This document shows positions 1-11,260 of a stretch of 64,000 bases of DNA, one piece after another. Source of the stretch: Phyllobates terribilis. Its lineage: Eukaryota. The notes under the pieces are model-generated. The model did not search any database. It was not told the origin of the DNA and saw only the letters and a program-made list of their open reading frames with translations. The position numbers and the translations under genes were made by a program. The stretch is from assembly GCF_046119375.1 (NCBI RefSeq), contig NW_027362767.1:379750001-379814000 (forward strand). Direction: 5' to 3'. Each line of letters begins with the position of its first letter. The stretch's first letter is position 1.

Positions 1-190
1 AATATATGTACATTCTACCTTTTGAGTCTCCCCCATTTCCTTATAGACTATAAGCTTGCGAGCAGGGCCCTCACTCCTTTCGATATTAGATATGCTTATT
101 CTGTATTGTTTGTATAAGTCCCCCCTAAAATTTGTACAGTGCTGCGGAATATGTTGGCGCTATAAAAATAAAAATTATTATTATTATTAT
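1..190 (+). mobile_element. 3' end of an L2/CR1-group LINE with (ATT)n tail
   Basis: Ends in TGTACAGTGCTGCGGAATATGTTGGCGCTATAAAAATAAAA followed by (ATT)n. This resembles the conserved L2-type 3' terminus; family assignment is by recognition only. Confidence 0.55.
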
Positions 191-290
191 TGACCGCCCT
201 GGGTCAAGGACCGGGTCACTGCCACTGTGACATCCCCCCAGCATCGACCGGCCCGGCTACCGAGTACCCCACGGCCCAGGGGGCGCATCA
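191..290 (+). mobile_element. Isolated 100-bp terminal fragment of the LTR family at 6224-10859, opposite orientation
   Basis: Its reverse complement (TGATGCGCCCCCTGGGCCGTGGGGTACTCGG...) aligns end to end with 6224-6323 (TGACGCGCCCCCTGAGCCGTGGGGTACTTGG...), with scattered substitutions. Confidence 0.8.
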
Positions 291-2537
291 AAGGCTATAA
301 GTGTAAATGTGTGTAATGTATATGCATGTGCATATTTTATATATGTGTGCCTAATGTGAATATGCATATACACCAATGAGGAGGTGGCTCGAATACAATC
401 CTGCATAAGGATCCTTGGCTGTCTGATTGCAAAAATAAACAGTAAGCATTTTTTTAGTTTGCCTTTAAAGAAGTTGTCCAGTTCCCAAAAGTTCCAGGAA
501 ACAGCATGTGTTGGGGTTAAGTCCTATACACTACAACAGAGATGAGATACAATACCAGACGCAACCCTTATACTAGGAACAAAACAGCAGACCCTTTCTT
601 CTTATCCTAAACATGACTGCAGTATTGTAGAGGCTTCCATTTGCCTGTCCCTTTACTACCACCCAACCATTTCACATCACCACCACACTCCCACGGTTCT
701 CGACCCAATAAACACTCGTACCACATTTCTTTAGATTAATTGTCCAAATCGGCCTTTTATTATACAAACATTACAACAATAAATAACTTTTTGGTAATGA
801 CGTTCTTCGAGCTCCAAAACCTGTCGGAAACCGATAAATAATAATGAACCCTCCAGCATTACCCCCAGCCGCGACCACAGGCTTGGAGGCACCTTTGTTG
901 CCGGAAAACCTTCTCCATAACACCGGCTCCACCCTGAAGAGTCCCAAAATCTACCAGGCAATTAACCAAAATCCAAAGATAAAGGGGAACTTACCATCCA
1001 CCCGATGTACAACCTTCCCACCACAATTTTGCCACCAACTCCAAGAACCCCCTCAACACGAAATTACCCAACAACACCCCCTTCCAGCATTTCCCATAAT
1101 TCAACCGTACTTGAACCTCCAAATTAAACGGCGGGATCTTAACTCTTGGTGCTTATTGCCGATTAATAGACCTCACACACCTCTCAGATAATATATAGGC
1201 CCGCTCTATTGTCAACACCCCCCCCTTTTCCCAACCCCCTTAAACTTTTGATCCCACAGAGCCTGCGCTTCTTTTACCTTTATTAATGTAACCCATGCTA
1301 GCCCTACAAAGCTGGGTCATAGGTCACTACGCCTATGGCTCTGCTGTCGGCTTTGTTTATCTTATACCTTTAATAGACATAGATGAATCTCAAGCAAAGA
1401 TGGTGAATAAGTAAAAACAATAAAAAAACATAAAAACTTTAACAAAAAAAGGCAGATTTGACCAATCCACAAATGGTCTTAATATGTCTGATGTGCAGTC
1501 CTAAAGGCATATTCCTATGGAGCAGCTGTCTTCCTATAGAAAATGGTCAGATATGAGCCCCCCTGTAGGCTGAGTGCCTGCTCATTGATAAAGACCAGAA
1601 TAACTACTATCTACAGTACGTATGGATATTTTGATGCTCGTACATCTTGTTTCCCTCTATTTCTATTTTTTCAAAATCCCAAATACAGCTATGTGAGGAA
1701 GTAATATGTGTTAGTTTATCTCTTGACCCTGCCCTTTCTGAACGTGACATACTGCCCCTCGGTGGAGGCCTGTTCCTTATTTGGGCTGTACTTTTGGGAC
1801 CTCTTAGACTTTGTTGAACTGATAAGGTCCTACCGATCCTTAGAATAGGGTCTGTGTTTCTTGTTGGAACAGAGCAGTTGTCACACATGTACTAAAGCTT
1901 CATTCATTGCCCACGATTCAAACAAAATTTTACTCATGAAATGTTGTAAAATTTTTGCATGACTCAAAATTGAGAAAAAATCTTGAAGCTATTGGCATTT
2001 TTATGCCAGTCCTTTTTTAAAAGTTGGTTCAGTTGGGGTGGTACACTACACTGCCAAGCCCTGGAAGCAAATTAATTATAATTTATGCTAGAAAAATGGC
2101 ATAAATTACACAAGAAATGTACTCCAGCCCTGATTGGAGTAATATTGCTGGTGGAGGTGCATAGCAGTTGTAAGATGTGCCTCTTAATGAATTGGACATA
2201 TCTTACGCAGGGATTTTACTCCAGTGTTCCCTCCTGATGGGGGTCATTGTCTATAGGATTGATGGATATAGACAAGCAATGTCATTAGCTCTCTGCAATC
2301 CCATAATGAGTAGACTGATATTGTGCATGCTTGACCACTGCACCAATCAGACAGGAAATCCCAGCTTCCCCTATTCTCGTAAACAGTGCTGGTCCCAGTG
2401 GTGGAACTTCCATCAATTATACATGTTGCGGATAAATATTGGATGTGGGTCAATCACTTTACTTTTACTTGTGAAAGACGTTCACAATGCAACTAGGACA
2501 ACTAGTCCAGGAGGGAAGCCGTCGTTGGATTTTCCCT

Positions 2538-4790
2538 CATAGAATGGTAGAGTTGGAAGGGACCTCCTGGGTCATCTGGTCCAACCCCCTGCTCAAAGCA
2601 GGATTCACTAGATCATCTCAGACAGATGTCTGTCCAGCCTCTGTTTGAAGACGTCCATTGAAGGGGAACTCACCACCTCTCGTGGCAGCCTGTTCCACTC
2701 ATTAATCACCCTAACTGTCAAAAAGTTTTTTCTAATATCTAATCTGTGTCTCCTCCCATTTAGTTTCATCCCATTGCTTCTAGTCTTTCCTTGTGCAAAT
2801 GAGAATAAAGATGATCCTTCTACAATGTGACAGCCCTTGACATATTTGTAGACAGCTATTAAGTCTCCTCTCAGTCTTCTTTTTTGCAAGCTAAACATTC
2901 CCAAATCCTGCAACCGTTCCTCATAGGACATGGTTTGCAGACCAGTCACCATTCTGGTCGCTCTTCTCTGAACTTGCTCCAGTTTGTCTATGTCTTTTTT
3001 AAAATGTGGTGCCCAAAACTGTGCACAGTATTCCAGATGAGGTCTGACCAAAGAGGAGTAAAGACCGATAATGACTTCACGTGATCTAGACTGTATGCTT
3101 CTGTTAATACATCCCAGAATTGTATTTGCCTTTTTTGCTGCTGCATCACACTGTTGACTCATGTTCAGTCTATGATCTATTAGTATACCTAAGTCTTTTT
3201 CACATGTACTGTTGCTTAGCTCTATTCCTCCCATTCTGTATATGCTTTTATCATTTTTATTGCCCAGATGTAGTACTTTGCATTTTTCCCTGTTAAAAAC
3301 CATTCTGTTGGTTGCTGCCCACTGCTCCAGTTTATTTAGGTCTTTTTGAATCCTCTCTCTCTCTTCTCTAGTATTAGCTATCCCTCCTAGCTTTGTGTCA
3401 TCAGCAAATTTAATCAGTTTACCCTCAATTCCTTCATCTAAATCATTGATAAAGATGTTGAACAATACAGGTCCCAGGACGGAGCCCTGTGGTACCCCAC
3501 TTGAGACATTCATCCAGCTGGATGTGAAGCCATTTACAACCACCCTTTGAGTCCGATCACTAAGCCAGTTATGAATTCACCTAACAGTTGCCTGGTCCAT
3601 TGCATACTTGGTCATTTTTTCAATAAGGATGGTGTGAGATACTTTGTCAAATGCTTTGCTGAAGTCAAGATATACTATATCTACAGCATTTCCCTGATCC
3701 ACCCAGTCAGTGATTCTGTCATAGAAGGAAATTAAGTTAGTCTGACATGACTTGTTAGTTACAAACCCATGCTGACTCTGGTTAATCACTTCATTCTTAT
3801 CCATGTACTTACATACATGTTGTTTAATAATTTGTTCAAAGATCTTTCCTGGTATAGAAGTCAGACTCACCGGCCTATAGTTCCCTGGGTCCACCTTCTT
3901 CCCCTTTTTGAAGATAGGAACAACATTTGCTCTTCTCCAGTCTTCTGGGACTTCTCCTGTTCTCCAAGAATTTTCAAAGATTATGGAGAGTGGTTCTAAA
4001 ATTTCTTCTACGATCTCCTTCAGTACTCTGGGGTGTAATTCATCTGGACCTGGAGACTTGAACTCATTTATGTTAGCTAAATATTCCCTCACAATCTTTC
4101 TGTTTACAGATAACTTGGATTCCTCTATTCCTTTAAAAGGACAGTGAAGATCAGTTGATGTTACATTTTCTTTCTGAGAGAAAACAGATGCAAAATAGGA
4201 ATTAAAAAGTTCGGCCTTCTCAACATCCTCTCTTACCATTTCTCCATTTTCATCCTGTAAAAATCCTATAGCATCTTTGACTTTTCTTTTACTTTTGACA
4301 TACCCCCAAAATCCTTTTTTTTTGCTTTTGACATCTCTTGCAAGCCTTAATTCATTGTCAGCTTTAGCTAACCTGATACATGCCCTGCAGGATCTGCAGA
4401 CTGCATTATAATCTTCTTTAGATATGCCTCCCTCTTTCCATTTAATAAACATTTCTTTCTTTCTTTTTAGCATGTGTTTAAGTTCTGTGTTCATCCATCC
4501 TGGTTTCCTTAAATGCTTCCCATTCTTCCTACTTTTCGGGATTGTTAACGATTGTGCTTTGAGAATCTCATTTTTAAAAATTTCCCATCCTTCCTGGACA
4601 TTTTTGTCCTTAAGGACATCCAGCCATTGGATCCCTCCTATTCTCTTTCTGAGTCTCTTAAAATCTGCCTTTCTAAAATCTAACCTTGAAGTTTGAGTCT
4701 TCACATGTCTTCCTCCTCTAGTTATCCAAAATTCTATAATAGCATGATCGCTGCCTCCTAGGGTCCCAGCCACCTTTACCCCTCCCCTGT
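2538..4790 (-). mobile_element. 5'-truncated CR1 LINE (ORF2: end of endonuclease, RT, 3' UTR)
   Basis: ORFs 3577-4806 and 2608-3543 are in the same frame, separated only by TGA at 3577-3579 (VR*IHNWL, Trp to stop). They carry CR1 motifs GSDH, KSPGPD, NYRPVSLTS, YLDFSKAFDKV, GVPQGSVLGP and FADD. The CR1 3' end GGTCCCTTCCAACTCTACCATTCTATGA is present. Confidence 0.93.
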
Positions 4791-5150
4791 CCCCACTCCC
4801 CAACACTGACAGGTCTCTTCCTATGTTTGTGTGTCTAGAGGAAAAGCCACCGGGGACCTTCCTCTTTTTTATAATTTTTTAAATCTCATTTCAAAAGGTG
4901 CACAGTTTTGTTCACTCCCATAGCATATGAAGGAGATTAGCATGAACTATGTCATATCTTGGACAGCTTGAGTCTGATCTCAATCCAATCTTTTGCAACC
5001 TAAGGAGAGTATCAAAGCTTCCATACACATTAGACTAATGTTGGATAAACCCACTTATATTGTTAGGTGTGGCTGATGTGTCTAATGTGACAAAACCTAA
5101 GATAAAAACAAAATGAGCAAATACCCTGCAGTAAATAAATAAACTGCAAA

Positions 5151-5477
5151 AGTGCATAAAAAATAATATAGGGTACTTGGTTAATGTAATTTTGATAAAA
5201 GAAAAGTAAAAACCATCCCACCACTTCACGGTGACCCTATTTGGGATGGTCCTAAACTGTAGTACTAAAACCTTACCATAGGTCTAATGGCGTAAATGTG
5301 AATAAGGGCCGAGAAGGACCGAGGCCCAGACTAATGGACACCCAGGCACGGGGAGCTATATAAATGGAATGTCCAGCTCAAAGAAAAGGGAGGTCACGCT
5401 CTTATTTTCAGAGTGCAAAAACCTAATTTTTTATCAAAATTATGTTAACCAAGTACCCTATATTATTTTTATGCACT
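5151..5477. repeat. Inverted repeat, ~50-bp arms (5151-5200 and 5429-5477) with ~230-bp spacer
   Basis: AGTGCATAAAAAATAATATAGGGTACTTGGTTAATGTAATTTTGATAAAA recurs as its near-perfect reverse complement. Confidence 0.75.
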
Positions 5478-5539
5478 ATTGCATAATTCCCATTTCTCCT
5501 TAAGTGTATTTTATCAGCATTCTATCTTCAATAGGAGAA

Positions 5540-6111
5540 TACCGTGTTTGGCAGACTATAAGACACACCCCAAATTTTAGGGAGGAGAATAGGAAAAAAA
5601 TTTTTTCAAGTAAAATGGTGGTGCGTCTTATAGTCCGATTTACGGTAGCTAACCGGTGGGATGTCTACGATGGAGTGGAGTCACAGGAAGAAGTGTTGCT
5701 GCTGCAGGAGGCCGGCGGTGGCAGGACTGGGACAATGCTGCAGGCCCCGTGCTGGGAGGAGGGGGTGTCCCGGTGATGCGAGGCTGAGGACCCTGGGCAT
5801 CATAAAATGTTGGTGGTGAGCGGAGTCCCCTTCCCATTGATTTCCCTACTATAGACTTTGGGAAAATGGCAGCTGGAGGCGGCGCATGCGCAGATTGAGA
5901 TCTCGGGAGCCGGGACACCCACTTCTCCCAGCACGGGCCCACAGCATCACCTCACTCCTGCTGCAGCCGGCCTCCTGCAGCAGCGACCCTGACTCCTGTG
6001 AGCCCGCTCCACCACGGCCGGTAAGTTACATTCAGATTATAAGATGCACCCCCATTTTCCTCCCAAATTTGGGGGGGGAAAAGTGTGTCTTATAATCTGA
6101 AAAATACGGTA
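5540..6111. mobile_element. Non-autonomous Tc1/mariner-superfamily element (Tc2/pogo-type termini)
   Basis: TIRs TACCGTGTTTGGCAGACTATAAGACAC and GTGTCTTATAATCTGAAAAATACGGTA, with TA at both ends (included in the coordinates). No ORF. Confidence 0.7.
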
Positions 6112-6114
6112 ACT

Positions 6115-6223
6115 ATAGACAAATCAACAATGAAGTTTCTAGACCAGATCTTCAAATCAAGGAACATTTCACTGGCGACAAAGACACAACTCGTATATAG
6201 TTTGGTCTTTTCTGCGGTAACAT
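6115..6223 (+). mobile_element. RTE-clade LINE remnant, left part (interrupted by the LTR element)
   Basis: Translates LDQIFKSRNISLATKTQLVYSLVFSAVT and continues in frame after 10863 as YRCET, the RTE VTYGCE-type motif. Confidence 0.8.
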
Positions 6224-7425
6224 TGACGCGCCCCCTGAGCCGTGGGGTACTTGGTGCCAGGCCGGTCGTCGCTACGGGAGATGTCACAGTGGCGGTGACC
6301 CGGTCCGTGATTCAGGGTGGTCAATCAAAAGGGGATTTTTATAGCGGATTTATGTACAAAGTTCGTGACGCCACCTGTGGTATGCGGCTAAATGGAGCCG
6401 CCGCTGCGGAGCAGGTCCTCTGGAGATGATGTTAGTGCAGCAAAGCTGGTGTGGCTCTCCACAGGTAGAGCTTAGCTCCAGGGCAGTGTAGATGTTATAG
6501 GTGATGATGGGCATTGTAGTGCAGGGTTTGATGGCGCAGCAATAATCACAGAGACAATGAGGTGCAGTCCTCAGGGTCTTTACTCACGGTTATTGCAGTC
6601 CAAGTTACAGGTACCAGCGTAACTTTCCTAGTCGTGCTGCGCTTACTCAGGGAGGGGTTCAGTCCACCCTGAGATATCTCCGGAGTATTTAGCGGGACCC
6701 CTTCTGTGTCCTCTCTCTGGCCGTCTCCCCGCACCTCATACCAAGTGTCCCAATTCGGTAGCTGCGGGCCTTGTCGGGTGACGTCTGTTCCGTCCCCTGG
6801 GTCCTCTATAGCTACCTTCTTGGTGAGACTGATATGGACTGTTGGCTGCAGGACTTAAAATACTGCAGCCTCCGGTTTCTAGTTGAGACATAAAGTGCTC
6901 TGCTAGTTGAGGGACCGGTCCCCTTTGTGTGGCCTGACCCCTCCACTCCCTGGTAGATTCGGGCGTACGGGTGGCCTCCAGCACTGCCCGTACCCCTGGG
7001 GTCCCTTCCTCGTTCCTGGAGCCCTTCTTGCTCCTCTCCTTCTCCCTTCAGTCCTGGGCCTCTCCTCAGGCCCTCCTCCTGAGCAGAGCTCCTACAGAGC
7101 TCCAGCTCTCAACTCCTCTCACTGTAGACTCTTCTCTCTCACTGCTCTAACTAAACAAGATGGCTTCTCTATTTGTACTTTCCTTCATGTGCTCCCCTAA
7201 GCTACTTCCTCCACCCACACCCACTACATAGCTCCTCCCCTCAGCTAGGGACCAGGGACTGTGCTCTCCCTTAGGAGCAAACTCGCCCTGCCCTCACTGC
7301 TGGTATGTGTTGGATGCAGGTGTTAGGGTCCCGAGCTGTACTCCTTCCTTACCTGAGCGTGAGATACCACACCTCTGGGTGAGTGGCAGTACCTCTGTGG
7401 CGACCGAACCCTCAGGGGCGCCACA
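6224..7425 (-). repeat. 3' LTR
   Basis: Direct repeat of 9661-10859 with TG...CA termini, preceded on - by the purine tract GGGGGGTA. Confidence 0.93.
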
Positions 7426-8077
7426 TACCCCCCTGGTAAAACACAGGACGTCCGCGGGCTGGAACAGAGTAAAACATAGGGTATTTTACATACATGCAAT
7501 TTTTAGATGCATCACATATAAGAGCACATAACATAACATTTCTTCCCTTTATGGGAGGCACTTTTTCTTGAACGTTACTGCTTTCTTTATCAAAACATTC
7601 CGAGACTTTTTAAAGAACATCTTTCTTTACACTTATAAAACATTTCTTCACATAAAACATTTTTCATATAAAACATTCTTTAACAGGTTACAGTACGATC
7701 TGCAACCAGGTGTCCATTTTCTTTATCAAGGTGCAGACCAGCAAACATGAGCATGAGGGACCCGTCCGAAACCTTCAACGTAGGCCCTGGGCTTGGCTGC
7801 AGGGCATAGGTGATCCAGGTGTTGGACCACGTCTTCGGCCACGCCAAACGGGTTTTTGTTCTGAGGTCAGCTTTGTATATATAAAACCAATAAGGGGCAC
7901 TTGAAGAAGCGCAACTATTTACAATGGAGAGTTTTTGGCTGCTCACAGTCCTCAGCCTACAAGTTCTGGTACCCTTACCGGGTAACTAAATAAACACACA
8001 CAAATCTGTCAAACTTGCAGTGTCTCTGCCATACCTTTCCAGGTAACTATATACAAGCAGCTTTTAGAGCAAACAGT

Positions 8078-9227
8078 TCAGCAGTGAGGTTCCCTCCAGG
8101 GAGGAAATTCCTGATTTTTGCAGGCTGACCCAGCCGGGTCTTCAGCCTGGGGCTGCGGGAGCATGTCTCTTTTCTTTACCACTCGGTATACTTGAAGGGC
8201 ATACCAGCCGCGCTTGCCCTTGTGACGGGTAAATGTGACGTAGTCACCTGGATAAAGATCTGGGCCGGGATGCCCCTAATGGAGGTGGGATTCTACATCC
8301 CGCCGGTTCACAAAGACGTCTCTATCGGTGTGCGGTTCCCTCACAAAGCCCCACCCCGCATCCAGATCGAACTTGACTACGATCCCCTCCAGACGGGGAC
8401 TAGGGGTGGCAGCTCTTGCTTGGCGGGCCCGGGTTTTGGCCGCCATGTTCCGGGCCTCCATCCTTTCCCACCGCACCTGTCGGTCGTGATGTTCCCGCTC
8501 CAGCTGCAGGAGCTCCCTCCTGCAGTGCTCTTCCCTCTGGAGGGCCTGGGCCTGCGTCTCCCACGGGAACCCCATGAGGTCCCCTTCCCGGTAATCCCAC
8601 CGGAACTCTTCTCCTCCTGGGCAGGTAACCAGGGGTGCAGGCGCTGGTTCTAGCGGGGGTCCTTGCTGGTCCTCATATCGGGCGGACCAGTCATAGGTTG
8701 TATTTCCATAGACCCACTCGGGTTCGGGGGCAGGTGGCTCCGGTAGGGGGCCCAGGAGCAGGTCGGTGGAGCAAGCACTCGGGTACGGGGTTTCCGCCAA
8801 GGGGTCTGGGAGCCAGTCAGAGAAGCAGGTGTCCAGGATGGGAGATTCCGCCTGGAGACCGGGGAGCAGATCGGCCCAGTAGGGGGCCCAGGGGTAGGTC
8901 GGTGGAGCAGGCGCCCGGGATCAGAGGTTCCGCCGGGGAGCCCAGGAGCAGGCTAGCACTCTCAGCGCCCGGGACAGGGAGTCTCTCCTTACCTGCTCCC
9001 GCGGCCACTCTTGTGCCGTCCTCTGCCTCCTGGCTCCTTTCAGGTTCCTCTGGGGCTGGGGCGCTGCTGGTGGAGTGCAGCGCTGGCTGCTGCCGGATCA
9101 TCAGCTTCTCCAGCAGCTCCTTTTTCCAGCCGGCGATGGCATCCTGCTGGGCCCTCTCCATCCTCCGGCCCAGCTCCTGGATTTCTGCCTGGAGGAATTC
9201 AGTATCCTCCAGGGATAGCTCTGCCAT
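8078..9227 (-). pseudogene. Degraded internal ORF of the LTR element (~380 codons): coiled coil, Pro/Glu-rich repeats, coiled coil, C-terminal cold-shock domain (8189-8389)
   Basis: Starts at GCCATGG (9227). A frameshift near 8880 joins ORF 8817-9227 to ORF 8276-8800. Reading through TAG at 8276-8278 gives EGIVVKFDLDAGWGFVREPHTDRDVFVNRRDVESHLH*GHPGPDLYPGDYVTFTRHKGKRGWYALQV, a 67-codon CSD with RNP1-like GWGFV and RNP2-like DVFVN. Natural stop TGA at 8078-8080. Confidence 0.75.
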
Positions 9228-9638
9228 GGCCTCCTCCTAGGTAAGAGGCCTTGCCGCTTGTTGCAGTCCACGGATGGGAGCTGGCTCCTGACTCTCCATC
9301 TTGCCATCCGGGTGCGGTCTGTCTGGACTCCTGGAGACTCTGCCCTGTCTCCCAGGTTTCTTCTCTCCTCTCCCCTTTCGGGGGCGGTTCCATGGCAACT
9401 TGTTGTCGGCCACACCTTGAGGCGGCCCTCCCAGCTTCATGGACACATCCACATACATGGTCACTGTTGCTCGGGGTGGGCCTCGCTTTTGGCGCCATTC
9501 TGGAACCCCGCCCACGATGGGAGACGGTTTCTTGTTGTCTTTTGGCTCGCACATAATGGCACCCATTCTTTTGGGGCGGGCGCCACATTCAATACAGTCT
9601 CTAGGCGCACAATACCCGGTGATAACGGGTGGGTTCAC

Positions 9639-9656
9639 ATCCTGTTCGTGACACCA
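9639..9656 (-). promoter_or_regulatory. Primer-binding site, complementary to the tRNA-Ser(CGA) 3' end
   Basis: TGGTGTCACGAACAGGAT lies 4 nt after the 5' LTR. Vertebrate tRNA-Ser(CGA), as recalled, ends ...ATCCTGTTCGTGACG-CCA: 17/18 match with one G:U pair. Confidence 0.8.
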
Positions 9657-9660
9657 AAGA

Positions 9661-10859
9661 TGACGCGCCCCCTGAGCCGTGGGGTACTCGGTGCCGGGCC
9701 GGTCGTCGCTACGGGAGATGTCACAGTGGCGGTGACCCGGTCCATGACCCAGGGCGGTCAATCAAAGGTGGATTTTTATAGGGGATTTATGTACAAAGTT
9801 CGTGACGCCACCTGTGGTATGCGGCTAAAGGGAGCCGCCGCTGCGGAGCAGGTCCTCTGGAGATGATGTTAGTGCAGCAAAGCTGGTGTGGCTATCCACA
9901 GGTAGAGCTTAGCTCCAGGGCAGTGTAGATGTTATAGGTGATGCTGGTCGTTGTAGTGCAGGGTTTGATGGCACAGCAATAATCACAGAGACAGTGGGGA
10001 GCAGTCCTCAGGGTCTTTACTCACGGTTATTGCAGTCCAAGTTACAGGTACCAGCGTAACTTCCCTCGTCGTGCTGCGCTTACTCAGGGAGGGGTTCAGT
10101 CCACCCTCAGATATCTCTGGAGTACTTAGCGGGACCCCCTTCTGTGTCCTCTCTCTGGCCGTCTCCCCGCACCTCATACTAAGTGTCCCAATCCGGTACC
10201 TGCGGGCCTTGTCGGGCGACGTCTGTTTCGTCCCCTGGGTCCTCTATAGCTACCTTCTTGGTGAGACTGATATGGACTGTTGGCTGCAGGACTTGAAATA
10301 CTGCAGCCTCCGGTTTCTAGTTGAGACATAAAGTTGCTAGTTGAGGGACCGGTCCCCTTTGTGTGACCGGACCCCTCCACCTCCTGGTAGATTTGGGCGT
10401 ACGGGTGGGCTCCAGCACTGCCCATACCCCTGGGGTCCCTTCCTCGTTCCTGGAGCCCTTCTTGCTCCTCTCCTTCTCTCTTCAGTCCTGGGCCTCTCCT
10501 CAGGCCCTCCTCCTGAGCAGAGCTCCTACAGAGCTCCTGCTCCCAACTCCTCTCACTGTAGACTCTTCTCTCTCACTGCTCTAGCTAAACAAGATGGCTT
10601 CTCTATTTGTACTTTCCTTCATGTGCTCCCCTAAGCTACTTCCTCCACCCACAACCACTACATAGCTCCTCCCCTCAGCTAGGAACCAGGGACTATGCTC
10701 TCCCTTAGGAGCAATCTCGCCCTACCCCCACTGCGGGTATGTGTTGGATGCAGGTGTTAGGGTCCCGAGCAGTACTCCTTCCTTACCTGAGAGTGAGATA
10801 CCACACCTCTGGGTGAGATGCAGTACCTCTGTGGCGACCGAACCCTCAGGGGCGCCACA
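9661..10859 (-). repeat. 5' LTR
   Basis: Direct repeat of 6224-7425, followed on - by the PBS. Confidence 0.93.
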
Positions 10860-11260
10860 ACATACAGATGCGAAACTTGAACGATAAAAAAACAAGACAG
10901 AAGAAGAATTGATGCCTTCAAAATGTGGTGCAGGAGAAGGATGTTATCAATATCATGGGGGGCAAGAAGAGCAAACAAATCAATTTTTGAACAAATCAAG
11001 TCTGGCCTGATACTTGAAGCAAGGACCACCAAGCTATGACTTGCCTACTTTGGACACATCATAAGAAGAGAGCAATCACTGGAGAAGGACATCATGGTCG
11101 GAAGAATAGAAGGAGCAAGGCGAAGAGGAAGACCAGCAACCCGATGGCTTGATACTATGAAGATAAGACCCTGGTGGACCTATCTAAGCTTGCACAAGAT
11201 TGAGCTTCCTACAGAACATTCATCCATCAAGTCAACGTCACTCAAGACCAAGCCAAAGGC
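10860..11260 (+). mobile_element. RTE-clade LINE remnant, right part (3' end of ORF2)
   Basis: Translates YRCET*TIKKQDRRRIDAFKMWCRRRML...LAYFGHIIRR...GARRRGRPATRWLD, a typical RTE C-terminus with stops. Confidence 0.8.

Larger units (their letters stand above)
6224..10859 (-). mobile_element. Complete non-autonomous LTR retroelement (Gypsy-like signals, no pol) with a cold-shock-domain ORF
   Basis: Two ~1.2-kb direct repeats (6224-7425 and 9661-10859) read TGTGGCGCCCC...GGGGCGCGTCA on -. 4-bp TSD ACAT at 6220-6223 and 10860-10863. PBS at 9639-9656 and PPT at 7426-7433. The 2.2-kb internal region shows no protease, RT, RNase H or integrase motifs. Confidence 0.93.

Noticed and set aside
731-1400. 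ORFs 731-961 and 844-1191
   Set aside because: Compositionally biased, probably an old LINE 3' region. No motif I could assign.
8276-8278. Programmed read-through of TAG (UAG-G context) in the CSD ORF
   Set aside because: The stop lies mid-domain and the same ORF has a frameshift, so ordinary decay is simpler. Revisit only if the family consensus retains the TAG.
9237-9866. ORFs spanning the PBS and 5' LTR (9237-9761 -, 9258-9866 +; also 6085-6429 +)
   Set aside because: GC-rich LTR and leader sequence with no recognisable domain. ORF 6085-6429 is an RTE/LTR chimera across the insertion junction.
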